Positions 36,898-46,710 of a DNA stretch of 64,000 bases are shown here, piece by piece. Source of the stretch: an uncultured delta proteobacterium (GTDB taxonomy: Bacteria > Desulfobacterota > Syntrophobacteria > Syntrophobacterales > Syntrophobacteraceae); the NCBI GenBank assembly GCA_963802715.1, contig CAWDJT010000041.1:5540-69539 (forward strand), given 5' to 3'. Under the pieces are notes generated by a model. It worked only from the letters and a program-made list of their open reading frames with translations, did not search any database and was not told the DNA's origin. A program made the translations under genes and the position numbers. The number at the start of each line of letters is the position of its first letter. Within the stretch, counting starts at the first letter, position 1.

Positions 36898-39724
36898 TCA
36901 AGCTTCCATAACCGCCAGAGCTTGTCGGCAGCGGGCACACACAGTGGGGTGCTCGGCATGCACACCGACGGTGTCCGACCATACCCAGCAACGTTCGCAC
37001 TTGGCACCCTTGGCGGCGTCTACGAGGATCTTAAGTCCAGGAATGGCGGTTCCGTCCACCGCACCATCAAGCGCCTCCGCGTCTGCGACCAGTGAAGATC
37101 TGACTCACGATGCATACCGAACTCAACAATTCCTCCTGGCCGACCAAGAGCTGCCCGCAGATCTTCCGGCAGACCCAGGGCAACTCGGGCATCCAGGGAA
37201 TGACCGATGACCTTTGCTTGACGAGCGGACTTCCAAGGCTCGGGAAACATCACTGCGCAACGCCAGAATGGTGGTCCAGCGCTCTTGAGCGCTGGCATCG
37301 TGGTAGTCAGGATTGATGTCGGGAAGAGCTTCCAAATGGACACTGGCCGGCAAGGCCGGATCAATCGCCATGCAGACTGCCACCAGGCTTCATCGGCGGT
37401 GAAGGATAGAATGGGCGCCATGATCTTCAGGACTGCCACGAGGATCTCGTAGAGTACCGTCTGAGCCGAACACCTTGCGGCGCTCCGGGCCGGTGCGGTG
37501 TACAGCCGATCCTTGAGAACATCCAGAGTAGAAACTGCTGAGATCCACCACGCAGTAGTTGTGAAGGGCGTGGTAGACGCGATGGAATTCAAATCGATCG
37601 TAGGCGCGGCGCGTCTTCACCGATGAGATCCTGCAACTGATGCAGGGCGAAGCGATCCAGTTCCTCGCAGTCGGTCGTAGGGAAGGGCATCCCTGCCGGG
37701 ATCAAAATCGGACAGGTTGCCCAGCAAGGAAACGGCAGGTGTTGCGAATCCGCCGGTAGGCCTCGCTCAAGCCGCTTGAGGATATCCGGGGAAATGCGAA
37801 TGTCATCGCGATAGTCCTCGGCCGATACCCAGAGTCGCAGTACTTCCGCCCCATACTGGCGAATGATTTCTTCGGGGGCGATGACGTTACCCACCGATTT
37901 GGACATCTTGTAACCCTGGCCGTCCACCACAAAACCGTGGGTAAGCACGCCTTTGTACGGGGCCGCGTCCCGGGTGCCGACCGCAGCCAGCAGCGAGGAA
38001 TGGAACCAGCCACGGTGCTGATCGCTGCCTTCCAGGTAAAGATCAGCCGGCGCTCGCAGCGTCGGCCAGGCTTCCAGCACGGCGGCGTAGGAGACTCCGG
38101 AATCGAACCACACATCGAGGATGTCCATTTCCTTGGCAAAATGACTGCCACCACACTGCGTGCAACGACTGCCGGGCGGCAGCAGTTGCTCCGGCGGCAG
38201 TGCAAACCAGCAATCAGCCCCTTGCTTCCTCAAAGAGCGCCACCACATGGGCGAAGGTTTCCGGAGTGGCCAGAAGCGTGCCGCAGTCCTTGCAGGTGAA
38301 AACCGTAATGGGAACGCCCCAGGACCGTTGTCGCGAGATACACCAATCGGGCCGGTTGGCAATCATATTGTAGATCCGGTCCCGACCCCAGCCCGGGATC
38401 CATTCAACCCGATCGATCCAATCCAGCGCCTTGCGGCGCAAGGCATTGTTCTCCATGGAAATGAACCACTGCTCGGTGGCGCGGAAGATCACCGGTTTCT
38501 TGCAGCGCCAACAATGCGGATAACTGTGCTCAACGGTCTGTCTCAGCGATGAGCCTTCCCAGCTCACGGAGCTTGGCGTTGACGTCTGGGATTGGCGTCG
38601 AACACGAACTGTCCGGCGAAGAACTCCACATCCGCGGTAAATCGTCCCTCGTCATCCACCGGGGAATACACGTCCAGCCCGTACTCGAGGGCCATTTCGT
38701 AGTCTTCGCGGCCGTGCCCGGGGGCGGTATGCACGCAACCGGTGCCCGCTTCGAGAGTCACGTGGCTGCCCAGAATCAGCAGTGAATCCCGCTCCAGAAA
38801 CGGGATGGCGGCACTTCAAACCCTGCAGTTCGTCGGCGGCAAACCGGCGTTGGATGGTGTAGTCACTGACACCCAACGTCTGGGCGAAAGCCTCCAGCAG
38901 ACCTTCCGCCAAGATCCAGATTTCATCCTGGATCGCCACGGCCACGTAGGCAAAATCGGGGTGCAGCGAAATGGCCAGGTTGGCCGGAAGGGTCCACGGG
39001 GTAGTCGTCCAGATCAGGACAAAGGCCGGCTTGCCGATCCAGTTCCGGGAAACGCTCTTGCGCCTCGGGGCGAAGCGGGAACTTGACGTAGATGGACGGC
39101 GACCGGTGGTCATGGTATTCCACCTCGGCCTCTGCCAGAGCGGTGCCGCAACTACTGCACCAGTAGATGGGTTTCTTGCTGCGGACCACGCTGCCGTTGG
39201 CAAAGAAGCGCCCCAATTCCCGGGCAATGATGGCTTCGTAGTCGTAGGACATGGTGAGGTAAGGGTGGTCCCACTCACCCAAAACGCCGAGCCGTTTGAA
39301 TTCCTGCCGCTGAATGTCGATGAAACGCTCGGCGTAGCGGCGACAATGCTGGCGGATTTCCACCGTGGTCATGTGGCTCTTGCGGTCACCCAACTCCTTG
39401 TCGACATTGTGTTCGATGGGCAATCCATGGCAGTCCCATCCGGGCACGTAGACCGCATTGAAGCCGCTCATCTGGCGGCTCTTGACGATCATGTCCTTGA
39501 GGATCTTGTTGAGGGCCGTTCCCAGATGGATGTGGCCGTTGGCATAGGGTGGACCATCGTGAAGGATGTATTGGGGTCGTTCCTGCACTGATCTCCCGCA
39601 ACTGCTCATAGAGCTGCATTTGCTCCCACTTGGCCAGGATCTCGGGTTCGCGCTGCGGCAAATTGGCTTTCATCGGGAAAGAGGTCTGCGGTAAGTTCAA
39701 GGTACTCTTGTAGTCCATCTGCAT
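36898..39724 (-). pseudogene. ileS: Isoleucine--tRNA ligase, broken into at least 7 frames as assembled (almost certainly indel artefacts)
   Basis: Collinear fragments 39386-39724, 38923-39609 (HIGH motif [11 protein letters not shown]), 38652-39278, 38564-38761, 38214-38567, 37589-38362 (KMSKS: [10 protein letters not shown]), 37020-37592, and a C-terminal zinc finger CERCWVW...CPRCRQALAVMEA* ending at 36898. Confidence 0.9.
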
Positions 39725-39821
39725 TCTCCCTGCACACAGGCGCCAGCGGCGCTTGATGGGACGCGATCTTCGTTCATTCGAAATTAGGAATTTGGCACTA
39801 TAGCTTACTTGCCATAGGAGT

Positions 39822-40150
39822 TCAAAGACTTATGCGCGAGCTCGATGCTCTTAGGGGAATCAGCGAGGTCGGGAACGATCTCGAGTCGAAAACACCATAG
39901 CCAAAACCAACTTTATGGACACGGTTCGTACGCAAATCCTTGCTGCCAAGGAGGTTCAGGGTAGCGCGAAGATCCGTGTTCAAATTTCTGATGTGGCGCT
40001 CGGTGGTTGAGAGGTTCTTGTGCCTGAGGATGCGCTGAATGGTCTTGCTGCTCACCTTGTATTTGTCCGCCAGGATTGAGGCCGCGTAGCGCCGCAACGA
40101 ATGGAACCGGAATGGGCGGACTCCGGCACGGCCGCTTCGTGGATCTGGAG
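39822..40150 (-). pseudogene. Tyrosine recombinase (phage-type integrase) C-terminal remnant
   Basis: Only the last ~60-100 codons remain: ...RPFRFHSLRRYAASILADKYKVSSKTIQRILRHKNLSTTERHIRNLN (box II HxLRxxxA plus the LGHxxxxTTxxY-type catalytic Tyr region). No N-terminal or core-binding domain lies upstream. Confidence 0.6.
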
Positions 40151-40302
40151 GGCAATTCTGTCGGGCTTAGCTATTATCGCCATGGTTTCAGGCCATGTCC
40201 CCGGAGCTTCAGTGCCGAGTCGATGTTGACCATATTATGCCAAAGCTCGCCATGACAGCATCCACGCGCATATTGTGAGGGCGTTGAAGGAAAGGTTTTC
40301 CA

Positions 40303-40491
40303 ATGAGTCCTAAACTGAAAGACAAAGAACTGGAACGGCACGAAGCCGGACGCGATGTCTGGAAGGAAGTGGTCGATGCCGTCGATGAAATCAAGGCCGG
40401 TGGCGGCAAGCGTTACACCCCCTATGGTCCCGTGCCGATTTTCTGTTTGATTTCCGCGACCACAATCTCAAGGATTGCCGAGCGGTCCTGA
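40303..40491 (+). pseudogene. Possible truncated XRE/HigA-type antitoxin N-terminus
   Basis: MSPKLKDKELERHEAGRDVWKEVVDAVDEIKAGGGKRYT resembles the leader segment of HTH antitoxins (RD.g.E.l..v.eiKAG). No HTH follows, and the ORF runs antisense into the next gene. Weak call. Confidence 0.25.
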
Positions 40492-40988
40492 TCCCCCTTT
40501 ACCCGGTCAAATTCCACGTGCAGGTGGTCGCTATGCAGGCATGACTTCACTTTCCAAGGCCTCTTGGGATACACGCACTTCATCGGGGGCTTTGGGTAGG
40601 CCCTGACCTCCTCCTCTTTGGGATCGTACTTTCGTTTGTCCCATACGACGAATTCGATGCCCAATCGGTCGCGATTCTCTGGGCTGATGAACGCCTCAAA
40701 CAGGGCATCTCCTAACTTCTTCTCATACTCCTTATCGGCGTCGAGGAAAATGTCCGTTGCCTTGGCCTTCACCAATTGACCATCCTGCTTTGCCCCGTAA
40801 TGGCCGTCCTTCGGGGGGCGGTCAGGTTGGGGGCCACTCACCCCCAAAGGGTGACTGTCATAATACTTGTCTGTGCTTCCACGGTTGACGAGGATGGGAA
40901 AGCTTTTGGAGAGAATCCTCCTCATTATCGAAATCATCTTGACTTCCTCAGCGTACACCATAATCGGAGTCTTTGGCTTGGCTGCCAT
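40422..40988 (-). CDS. Hypothetical protein (orphan; HSDHLHVEF motif)
   Basis: The ATG at 40988 has a strong GAGGGAGG RBS. 188 aa, Lys/Pro-rich and hydrophilic. The C-terminal CLHSDHLHVEFD is reminiscent of His-rich metallopeptidase-type motifs. I recognise no family. Confidence 0.5.
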   Translation of the reverse strand: MAAKPKTPIMVYAEEVKMISIMRRILSKSFPILVNRGSTDKYYDSHPLGVSGPQPDRPPKDGHYGAKQDGQLVKAKATDIFLDADKEYEKKLGDALFEAFISPENRDRLGIEFVVWDKRKYDPKEEEVRAYPKPPMKCVYPKRPWKVKSCLHSDHLHVEFDRVKGDQDRSAILEIVVAEIKQKIGTGP

Positions 40989-41249
40989 GTGCGGCCTCCC
41001 TCTTCCTGTCCGGATCTCAGCCCAGTCGACGCTTGCGGTGCACTTCACGAAATGGCAGATTTCGTAGTTCGAATACTTGATATATACCCGGTTTCCTGAA
41101 GTCGTCCAAGGGGTGCTTTTAAGGTTGACCGCTTTTGAGGAGCCCCAGATGGTTTTGGCGGAGCATCTGAAGATGAGCTCTATCTTGGGAAACTGCCAGA
41201 TTGGGATCTATACTCTTTTTAGGTTAAAGAGTTGCGGTTATGGAATCCT

Positions 41250-41288
41250 GAAAAGAAAGATGGTTGACTCGTACATGAGCCAACCATC
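41250..41288 (-). terminator. Rho-independent terminator of the tRNA-Gln/tRNA-Glu unit
   Basis: The minus strand reads GATGGTTGGCTCATGTACGAGTCAACCATC followed by TTTCTTTTC, starting 11 nt after the tRNA-Glu CCA end. Confidence 0.7.
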
Positions 41289-41298
41289 TGATTTTCCT

Positions 41299-41374
41299 TG
41301 GTAGTCCCAACGGGGTTCGAACCCGTGTCTCTGGCGTGAGAGGCCAGTATCCTAGACCACTAGACGATGGGACC
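41299..41374 (-). tRNA. tRNA-Glu (CTC)
   Basis: Reverse complement GGTCCCATCGTCTAGTGGTCTAGGATACTGGCCTCTCACGCCAGAGACACGGGTTCGAACCCCGTTGGGACTACCA. Anticodon loop CTCTCAC. Glu-type D-arm. CCA is encoded. Confidence 0.9.
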
Positions 41375-41387
41375 TTGATGCGATGGA

Positions 41388-41461
<74 letters not shown>

Positions 41462-41474
41462 AGCTGATGGCGGG

Positions 41475-41503
41475 AAAATAGCGAGAACGAGGGGGCAAGT
41501 CAA
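41475..41503 (-). promoter_or_regulatory. Sigma70-type promoter of the tRNA-Gln/Glu unit
   Basis: The minus strand reads TTGACT-N17-TATTTT followed by a GC-rich discriminator (CCCGCC), 13 nt before the tRNA-Gln 5' end. Confidence 0.5.
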
Positions 41504-41624
41504 GGGGAAAAGGCTCTATTCAAGGGTTTACAATCCCCCTTTGGCCTTGTTTCTTTTGGCGAATTAAAGCATTATCATAAAGTGACCGGGCTCGGATAGT
41601 GGGCACACCGGAGAGGGCAAGCAA

Positions 41625-43841
41625 TTGGCAGTTCAGCAAGCGCGAGCAAAATGGGATACCTTGGACAACCCTGATGGCAGGACGATCCGCCAGTTCGATC
41701 TAATCCAATATCGATCGCGCATGGCGCAATATTTGGCGGACGACGCGCACGAGCATCGAACCTTCTTCGACGCTCTCCAGTTCGCCCATGACATGCACGC
41801 CGGTCAGATCCGCAAGTCCGGTGCCCCTTATATCAGCCATCCATGTGCGGTCGCCGAGATCCTCCTGCGTGAGTTCGGCATCAAGGATGCGGCCCTTCTG
41901 GCGGCTGCGCTTCTACATGACATCGTCGAGGACATCCCCCAGGTCACTCTCGCCGATATCGATAGCCGTTTCGGTAGTGTGGTTGCTGATTTGGTGGATG
42001 GCTGCACCAAACTGACCCGCTACCATCTGGATCGCGCCACGCTCAAAGATCTCACGCACAGCAAGATCTTTTTAAGTGCCAGCCGGCGCCTCGGGGTCCT
42101 GGTAATCAAACTAGTAGACCGACTGCACAATCTCCGCACCCTGCACTACCTCAAGCAAGCCAAGCGGCAACGGATTGCGCAAGAAACCGTGGAAGTCTAT
42201 GCGCCCATCGCATCGATGCTCAACATCGCCCAGCTCAAACGAGAACTATACCACCTCGCCCTGAATCATCTATACCCCCGGAAAAGCAAAAAGATTCTGA
42301 ACATTACCAAGGGATTGCGAAATGCCCCGGAGGTTCTGGAGATCGAAACCGCATTGAAGGAAGCTTTCGGGGTTCTTTCTCATAAGGTGGTGGTGCGCCC
42401 TCGCGTTAAAGGTTTGGGGACCTACTACAACCGGCTTAAGCGTACATTGTCGCTGTACAACACGGAAAACCGGGTGGATTTCGCTATTGTCCTCGAAACC
42501 GAGGATGTGCTGACCTGCTACCATGCTTTGGGAATAGTGAGTTCCAGTTTTCCTCCGATACCCCGAACGCTTCGTGATTTCATCTCGAATCCCAAAACCA
42601 ACGGCTATCAGAGCCTTCACATGCGTTGCCACATTAGAGGGCAGAACTACCTCATCAAAATCCGCACTCCCGAGATGGATCGGAGGGCCATTTTTGGAAT
42701 TTTGAGCGAATGGGATTCTCAAAAACAGCTTGGCGACGAACATTGGCAGGAAATCAGCGAGCTCCTCAGAAACATCGGCGAGTATATGGGAGCGGGACGA
42801 CAGCGAAAAGCGTTGTTGCGGTTGAGCGAAGCGGAAGACGTGTTTGCTTACACACCGGCAGGCGATATTCACTATTTCCCGAAAGGCGTCGTGGTGCTGG
42901 ACTTTGCTTACAAAATCCACTCGGAGTTGGGTGAATATTGCCAGGGTGCCTTGGTAAACGATTCACGGGTTGGTCCGTCGCAGGTTTTGAGAGATGGGGA
43001 TGTTGTGCAGATCATCAAGGCTACGATCCCGCTGGAAGTAGATCTGTCGCTGGAGGAATTGTGCAAGACCCCTAAGGCGCGTACCGCCATCAATAGACTT
43101 CTGCAGCACAAACGCCTCAAGTATGCTCACGAGATCGGAAAAGATATTCTGTTTCAGGAAATGGGGCGGCATCAGCTAAGTAGTGACATTCTTGAAGGCG
43201 AAAAGGTAAGGCTGATCTTGGAAGTTCTCAACATTCGCGACTTACCCGATCTCTATGCGCGCATCGGCCAGGATCGCCAGTCTCCGCACGCATTCCTGTA
43301 CTATTTGGTCGACAATGTTCCGCCTCGCCAGCATCCTTCTGAGAAACGGTCCGCTTCCTTGGCAGTACCTGGGGAAAGAAACCGGATTTGCTTGGCCAGG
43401 CTGGACAATGCCGTGCACAAGTTCGCCCGATGCTGTCGGCCGTACCCCGGCCAAGAGGGGTTGGTAGCCACTTTGAGTGAACGCGGTGTATCCATCCATT
43501 GGCACGAATGTCACGAACTAAAACGCCATGGGATGCAGTTCGAAGATCTGCTGGAAGTGACTTGGGACTGTGGAGTCACCTGGCTGCAACCGATGGTTTT
43601 TCATGTTAGTGTGCAACACACCACCATTGCCTCCCTGTTAGCCAGTTTTGGGCGTATGTCGGCACAGTTTGACATCCACAAACTGGAGAACCGTGTTGAC
43701 AGCCACGGTGAACCATACGTGCAGCTGTCAGTAGTGTGCCATAGCCTGCCGGAAGCCCGCCGTTTCTTCGAATTCCTGCCCGTGGGGGAGACCCCCATCG
43801 AATGGTATGGTCGCCACGAATGGTGGATGGGAAGCGACTGA
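41625..43841 (+). CDS. rel: Bifunctional RelA/SpoT-homologue (p)ppGpp synthetase/hydrolase
   Basis: Intact 738-aa ORF. HD hydrolase domain (HPCAVAEILL...LLHDIVED), synthetase domain (YQSLHMRCHIRG), and TGS and ACT-like C-terminal regions. TTG start at 41625; alternative ATG at 41721. Confidence 0.9.
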   Translation: MAVQQARAKWDTLDNPDGRTIRQFDLIQYRSRMAQYLADDAHEHRTFFDALQFAHDMHAGQIRKSGAPYISHPCAVAEILLREFGIKDAALLAAALLHDIVEDIPQVTLADIDSRFGSVVADLVDGCTKLTRYHLDRATLKDLTHSKIFLSASRRLGVLVIKLVDRLHNLRTLHYLKQAKRQRIAQETVEVYAPIASMLNIAQLKRELYHLALNHLYPRKSKKILNITKGLRNAPEVLEIETALKEAFGVLSHKVVVRPRVKGLGTYYNRLKRTLSLYNTENRVDFAIVLETEDVLTCYHALGIVSSSFPPIPRTLRDFISNPKTNGYQSLHMRCHIRGQNYLIKIRTPEMDRRAIFGILSEWDSQKQLGDEHWQEISELLRNIGEYMGAGRQRKALLRLSEAEDVFAYTPAGDIHYFPKGVVVLDFAYKIHSELGEYCQGALVNDSRVGPSQVLRDGDVVQIIKATIPLEVDLSLEELCKTPKARTAINRLLQHKRLKYAHEIGKDILFQEMGRHQLSSDILEGEKVRLILEVLNIRDLPDLYARIGQDRQSPHAFLYYLVDNVPPRQHPSEKRSASLAVPGERNRICLARLDNAVHKFARCCRPYPGQEGLVATLSERGVSIHWHECHELKRHGMQFEDLLEVTWDCGVTWLQPMVFHVSVQHTTIASLLASFGRMSAQFDIHKLENRVDSHGEPYVQLSVVCHSLPEARRFFEFLPVGETPIEWYGRHEWWMGSD

Positions 43842-43957
43842 GCATGCGCCTGGCTGCTCGCAGGGGATGACGTCCAGGATGCGGCCCCGGATGCAGTGGT
43901 GTGGACCAGGCTTCCCCTTGATTTTTGGTTTCAGTTCGTTATTGTATAGTCTTGGAG

Positions 43958-44084
43958 CCTTTTGCAAGAGTCCTTCCGTTCATGGTTCGATACCTCACCA
44001 CGAACGGAAAATCAGCCACTTACAGGCAACTCCGTCCGTTCGCCCTGAGGTATCGAAGGGCAAGAATGGGCTTTTGCAAGAGGC
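43958..44084 (+). repeat. ~120-bp palindromic intergenic repeat, family C
   Basis: GCCTTTTGCAAGAGTCCTTCCGTTCATGGTTCGATACCTCACCACGAACGGAAAATCAG...CCGTTCGCCCTGAGGTATCGAAGGGCAAGAATGGGCTTTTGCAAGAGGC. It is bounded by TTGCAAGAG repeats and is the inverted copy of 33547-33663. Confidence 0.75.
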
Positions 44085-44188
44085 TCCTTGATTACCAGGA
44101 ATTTGAGGATTCGCAACAAGCAGCTAACATAGCGGAACGGGTTTGGTGTCAGGCCCGCGGGTGCTATCAAGAAAGGAGTCGGTTTCTA

Positions 44189-45640
44189 ATGGAATGCAAC
44201 ATCAACCGTCTACGTTTTATGAAAGTGGTATTGTCGGTTTTGGTGATCACAGTGTTGCTGTCGATGGCAGTTGTCAGTATGGTCAACAATGCCTCGGCGG
44301 CATTTGGGCTCCAGGCGTTGCCCTCATTCGCGGATCTGGCCGACAATGTCAAGCATTCGGTAGTCAACGTCTCTACAACCAAGGTGATCAAGGGACATCC
44401 CCTGCAACCGTTCATGAATCCCGATTCGCCGTTCAAGGAGTTTTTCGGAGATGATTTCTTCCGTCGGTACTTCGGCGACAATGTGCCGCAGGGCGGTATG
44501 AAAACCAACTCCCTTGGCAGTGGCGTGCTTATCGACAAAGAGGGGCTCATTCTCACCAACAACCACGTGATCGAGAAAGCGGATGAAATTAAGGTGAAGC
44601 TGGAAAACGGCAAGGAGTATGCCGCCAAGGTGGTGGGGCGGGATTCCAAAACCGACCTGGCCCTCATTCAAGTGAAATCCGATGGTAGCTTTCCTAAGCC
44701 GGCTGTATTGGGCAATTCGGATGCTCTTCGGGTCGGTGACTGGGTCATGGCGGTGGGCAACCCGTTTGGGCTGGGGCATACGGTCACGGTGGGGATCATC
44801 AGTGCCAAAGGTCGGGTGATTGGGGCCGGTCCCTACGATGATTTTCTGCAGACTGATTCCGCCATCAATCCGGGCAACAGCGGGGGGCCGCTGTTCAACC
44901 TCAATGGTGAAATCGTCGGCATCAACACGGCCATTGTCGCGCATGGCCAAGGCATTGGCTTTGCCATTCCCATCAACATGGCTAAGGAACTGCTGCCCTC
45001 GCTGAAGTCCGGCAAGGTGGTTCGCGGCTGGCTTGGTGTGATGATCCAGGACGTTACTCCGGATTTGGCGGAATCGTTCAAACTCAAGGAGAACACCAAA
45101 GGCGTGCTGATTTCAGATGTGGTGGCTGACGGCCCAGCCGAAAAAGCCAAGCTGGAACGCGGAGATATCGTAACGCGTTTCAACGGCAGGGAACTGGAGA
45201 ACGCTCAAGCGCTGTCACGACTTGTGGCATCTACTTTGCCCGATGCCAAGATCAACCTTGAGATCATCCGTGAAGGCAAGACCATGACGATGGATGTCGC
45301 CGTTGGCACCATGCCTGAGGGATACGGGGAGCCTTCCGGCAAGCAGCCCAGTTCCTGGGGGTTGACGGTCCAGAATATCACCCCGGAAATGGCCGAACGG
45401 TTTGGCTGGCCGAAGACCGCGACGGGGATTGTGGTATCCGCTGTCGAACCTGGCAGCCCTGCGGCCGAAGCCAAACTGCGTCAGGGCGATTTGATTCAGG
45501 AAGTGAATCGTCGTAAGGTGAAGAACCTCCGGGATTACAATCAGGCCATGGAAGCTTCCAAGAAAGACGAAGGCCTGCTGCTGCTGATTAGGCGTGGTGA
45601 ACATACCTTCTGGGTGACGCTGAAAGCTGGCCGCGAATAA
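44189..45640 (+). CDS. htrA: HtrA/DegP/DegQ-family periplasmic serine protease (two PDZ domains)
   Basis: The ATG at 44189 lies 10 nt after AAAGGAG. Signal/TM segment MKVVLSVLVITVLL. Catalytic triad context (TNNHV..., DLALIQ, GNSGGPLF). Two PDZ segments. The longer ORF from 43925 reads through repeat C. Confidence 0.9.
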   Translation: MECNINRLRFMKVVLSVLVITVLLSMAVVSMVNNASAAFGLQALPSFADLADNVKHSVVNVSTTKVIKGHPLQPFMNPDSPFKEFFGDDFFRRYFGDNVPQGGMKTNSLGSGVLIDKEGLILTNNHVIEKADEIKVKLENGKEYAAKVVGRDSKTDLALIQVKSDGSFPKPAVLGNSDALRVGDWVMAVGNPFGLGHTVTVGIISAKGRVIGAGPYDDFLQTDSAINPGNSGGPLFNLNGEIVGINTAIVAHGQGIGFAIPINMAKELLPSLKSGKVVRGWLGVMIQDVTPDLAESFKLKENTKGVLISDVVADGPAEKAKLERGDIVTRFNGRELENAQALSRLVASTLPDAKINLEIIREGKTMTMDVAVGTMPEGYGEPSGKQPSSWGLTVQNITPEMAERFGWPKTATGIVVSAVEPGSPAAEAKLRQGDLIQEVNRRKVKNLRDYNQAMEASKKDEGLLLLIRRGEHTFWVTLKAGRE

Positions 45641-45776
45641 CATCCCTTCCCAAAGGCCGGCAATCGTGGCAAATCGAAAGCCTTCACAGGACTACCGCAG
45701 GCGGTCGCGAAAAAGTGACCGCCTGCCCGATGAATACCCCGGAAGCGGCCCCTTGATACGGCTGACTCCGGCTGGG

Positions 45777-46187
45777 ATGGGTCCAAGCAACCTCGACAAG
45801 GCCGGCCAGGGAGACCAGCCCTCCGACCAGCAGGCGTTTTTCCTCGTGCAGGTCAGTCCCGAAAGAGTTCAACGCGAGAAGGAAAAGGCCCGCGCCCTGA
45901 GGAAGACCCGCTGGTGGCAGCGTCAGATGGATCGAGGGATTTGCCACTATTGTAGGAACCCGGTCACGCGCGACCAAATGACGCTCGATCACATTGTACC
46001 CCTCATCCGTGGCGGACAGTCCAATCGAAGCAATGTTGTGCCGGCCTGTAAAGGCTGCAACAGCCGCAAGAAGTACTTGCTCCCGATGGAATGGGAGGAG
46101 TTCTTACGAGGTGTCAAGTCTCAGGATGGCGAGGAACGGTCCCCTGCTGATCCGCTGGGGGCTCCTGAGGTTTCAGGTAATGAATGA
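45777..46187 (+). CDS. HNH endonuclease
   Basis: CHYCRNPVTRDQMTLDHIVPLIRGGQSNRSNVVPACKGCNSRK is an HNH/His-Me finger. The start is uncertain. The ORF opens at 45666, but a 10-bp-stem hairpin (45697-45726) lies inside that extension, so I prefer the ATG at 45777. Confidence 0.75.
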   Translation: MGPSNLDKAGQGDQPSDQQAFFLVQVSPERVQREKEKARALRKTRWWQRQMDRGICHYCRNPVTRDQMTLDHIVPLIRGGQSNRSNVVPACKGCNSRKKYLLPMEWEEFLRGVKSQDGEERSPADPLGAPEVSGNE

Positions 46188-46389
46188 ATGCCGGTCGTGC
46201 GACCCTGTCCACTATTGCTATTCGGGACCATGTACGTGGATGTCTTGTACTACGGAGGGACTGTGCCCGGTCCGTCGGCATATGGCCAGCGTAGGGGTCG
46301 GCGAGGCAGAACCGGGGCGAGGTAGCCATCACTCATAGGTCTGGCAAACGAAATGCAGGCTTTGCTTAAAGCCATTCAGGATTGAGCAT

Positions 46390-46436
46390 AAGGAAGAACC
46401 TGGGGGTATCGGGTCCGCCCAGGTTCTTCCTTTTTT
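46390..46436 (+). terminator. Strong Rho-independent terminator
   Basis: Perfect 15-bp stem AAGGAAGAACCTGGG / CCCAGGTTCTTCCTT with a 13-nt loop, followed by a T run. Ends the plus-strand rel-htrA-HNH block. Confidence 0.8.
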
Positions 46437-46467
46437 GACGTAGCGTCATTCGAGGTACAGAGTAACT

Positions 46468-46626
46468 GGTGCTCCGTCAAGTTTATTCTTCTGGGATGAC
46501 GATTGGCCGTAGGGTGGGAAGCGTAGCGCAACCCACCGCAGTGGAATGGTGGGTTGCGTCCCATAATACGGGACTCCACCCACCCTACAATTCCAACCCG
46601 GAGAAACAAAACTGACGAAGTACTAG
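46468..46626 (+). repeat. ~160-bp structured intergenic repeat, family A (copy 2)
   Basis: Aligns with 23961-24122 with a few substitutions and 1-2-nt indels, in the same orientation. Confidence 0.85.
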
Positions 46627-46710
46627 ATTGGGTCTTCCTTTCAGACCTCAGGGCAAACAAATCGATGCGATCTGAGCGCAAACCAGGTTCAATCCCAAGT
46701 CAGAATCTGT

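Noticed and set aside
20752-39724. Reading the many frame breaks as programmed frameshifting or as genuine pseudogenisation of the pilus/glycosylation region.
   Set aside because: The breaks also hit ileS and lspA, which are essential. They sit at short homopolymers and lack slippery-heptamer/pseudoknot contexts. Assembly indel error is the most economical explanation. This is kept as a data-quality finding rather than a biological one.
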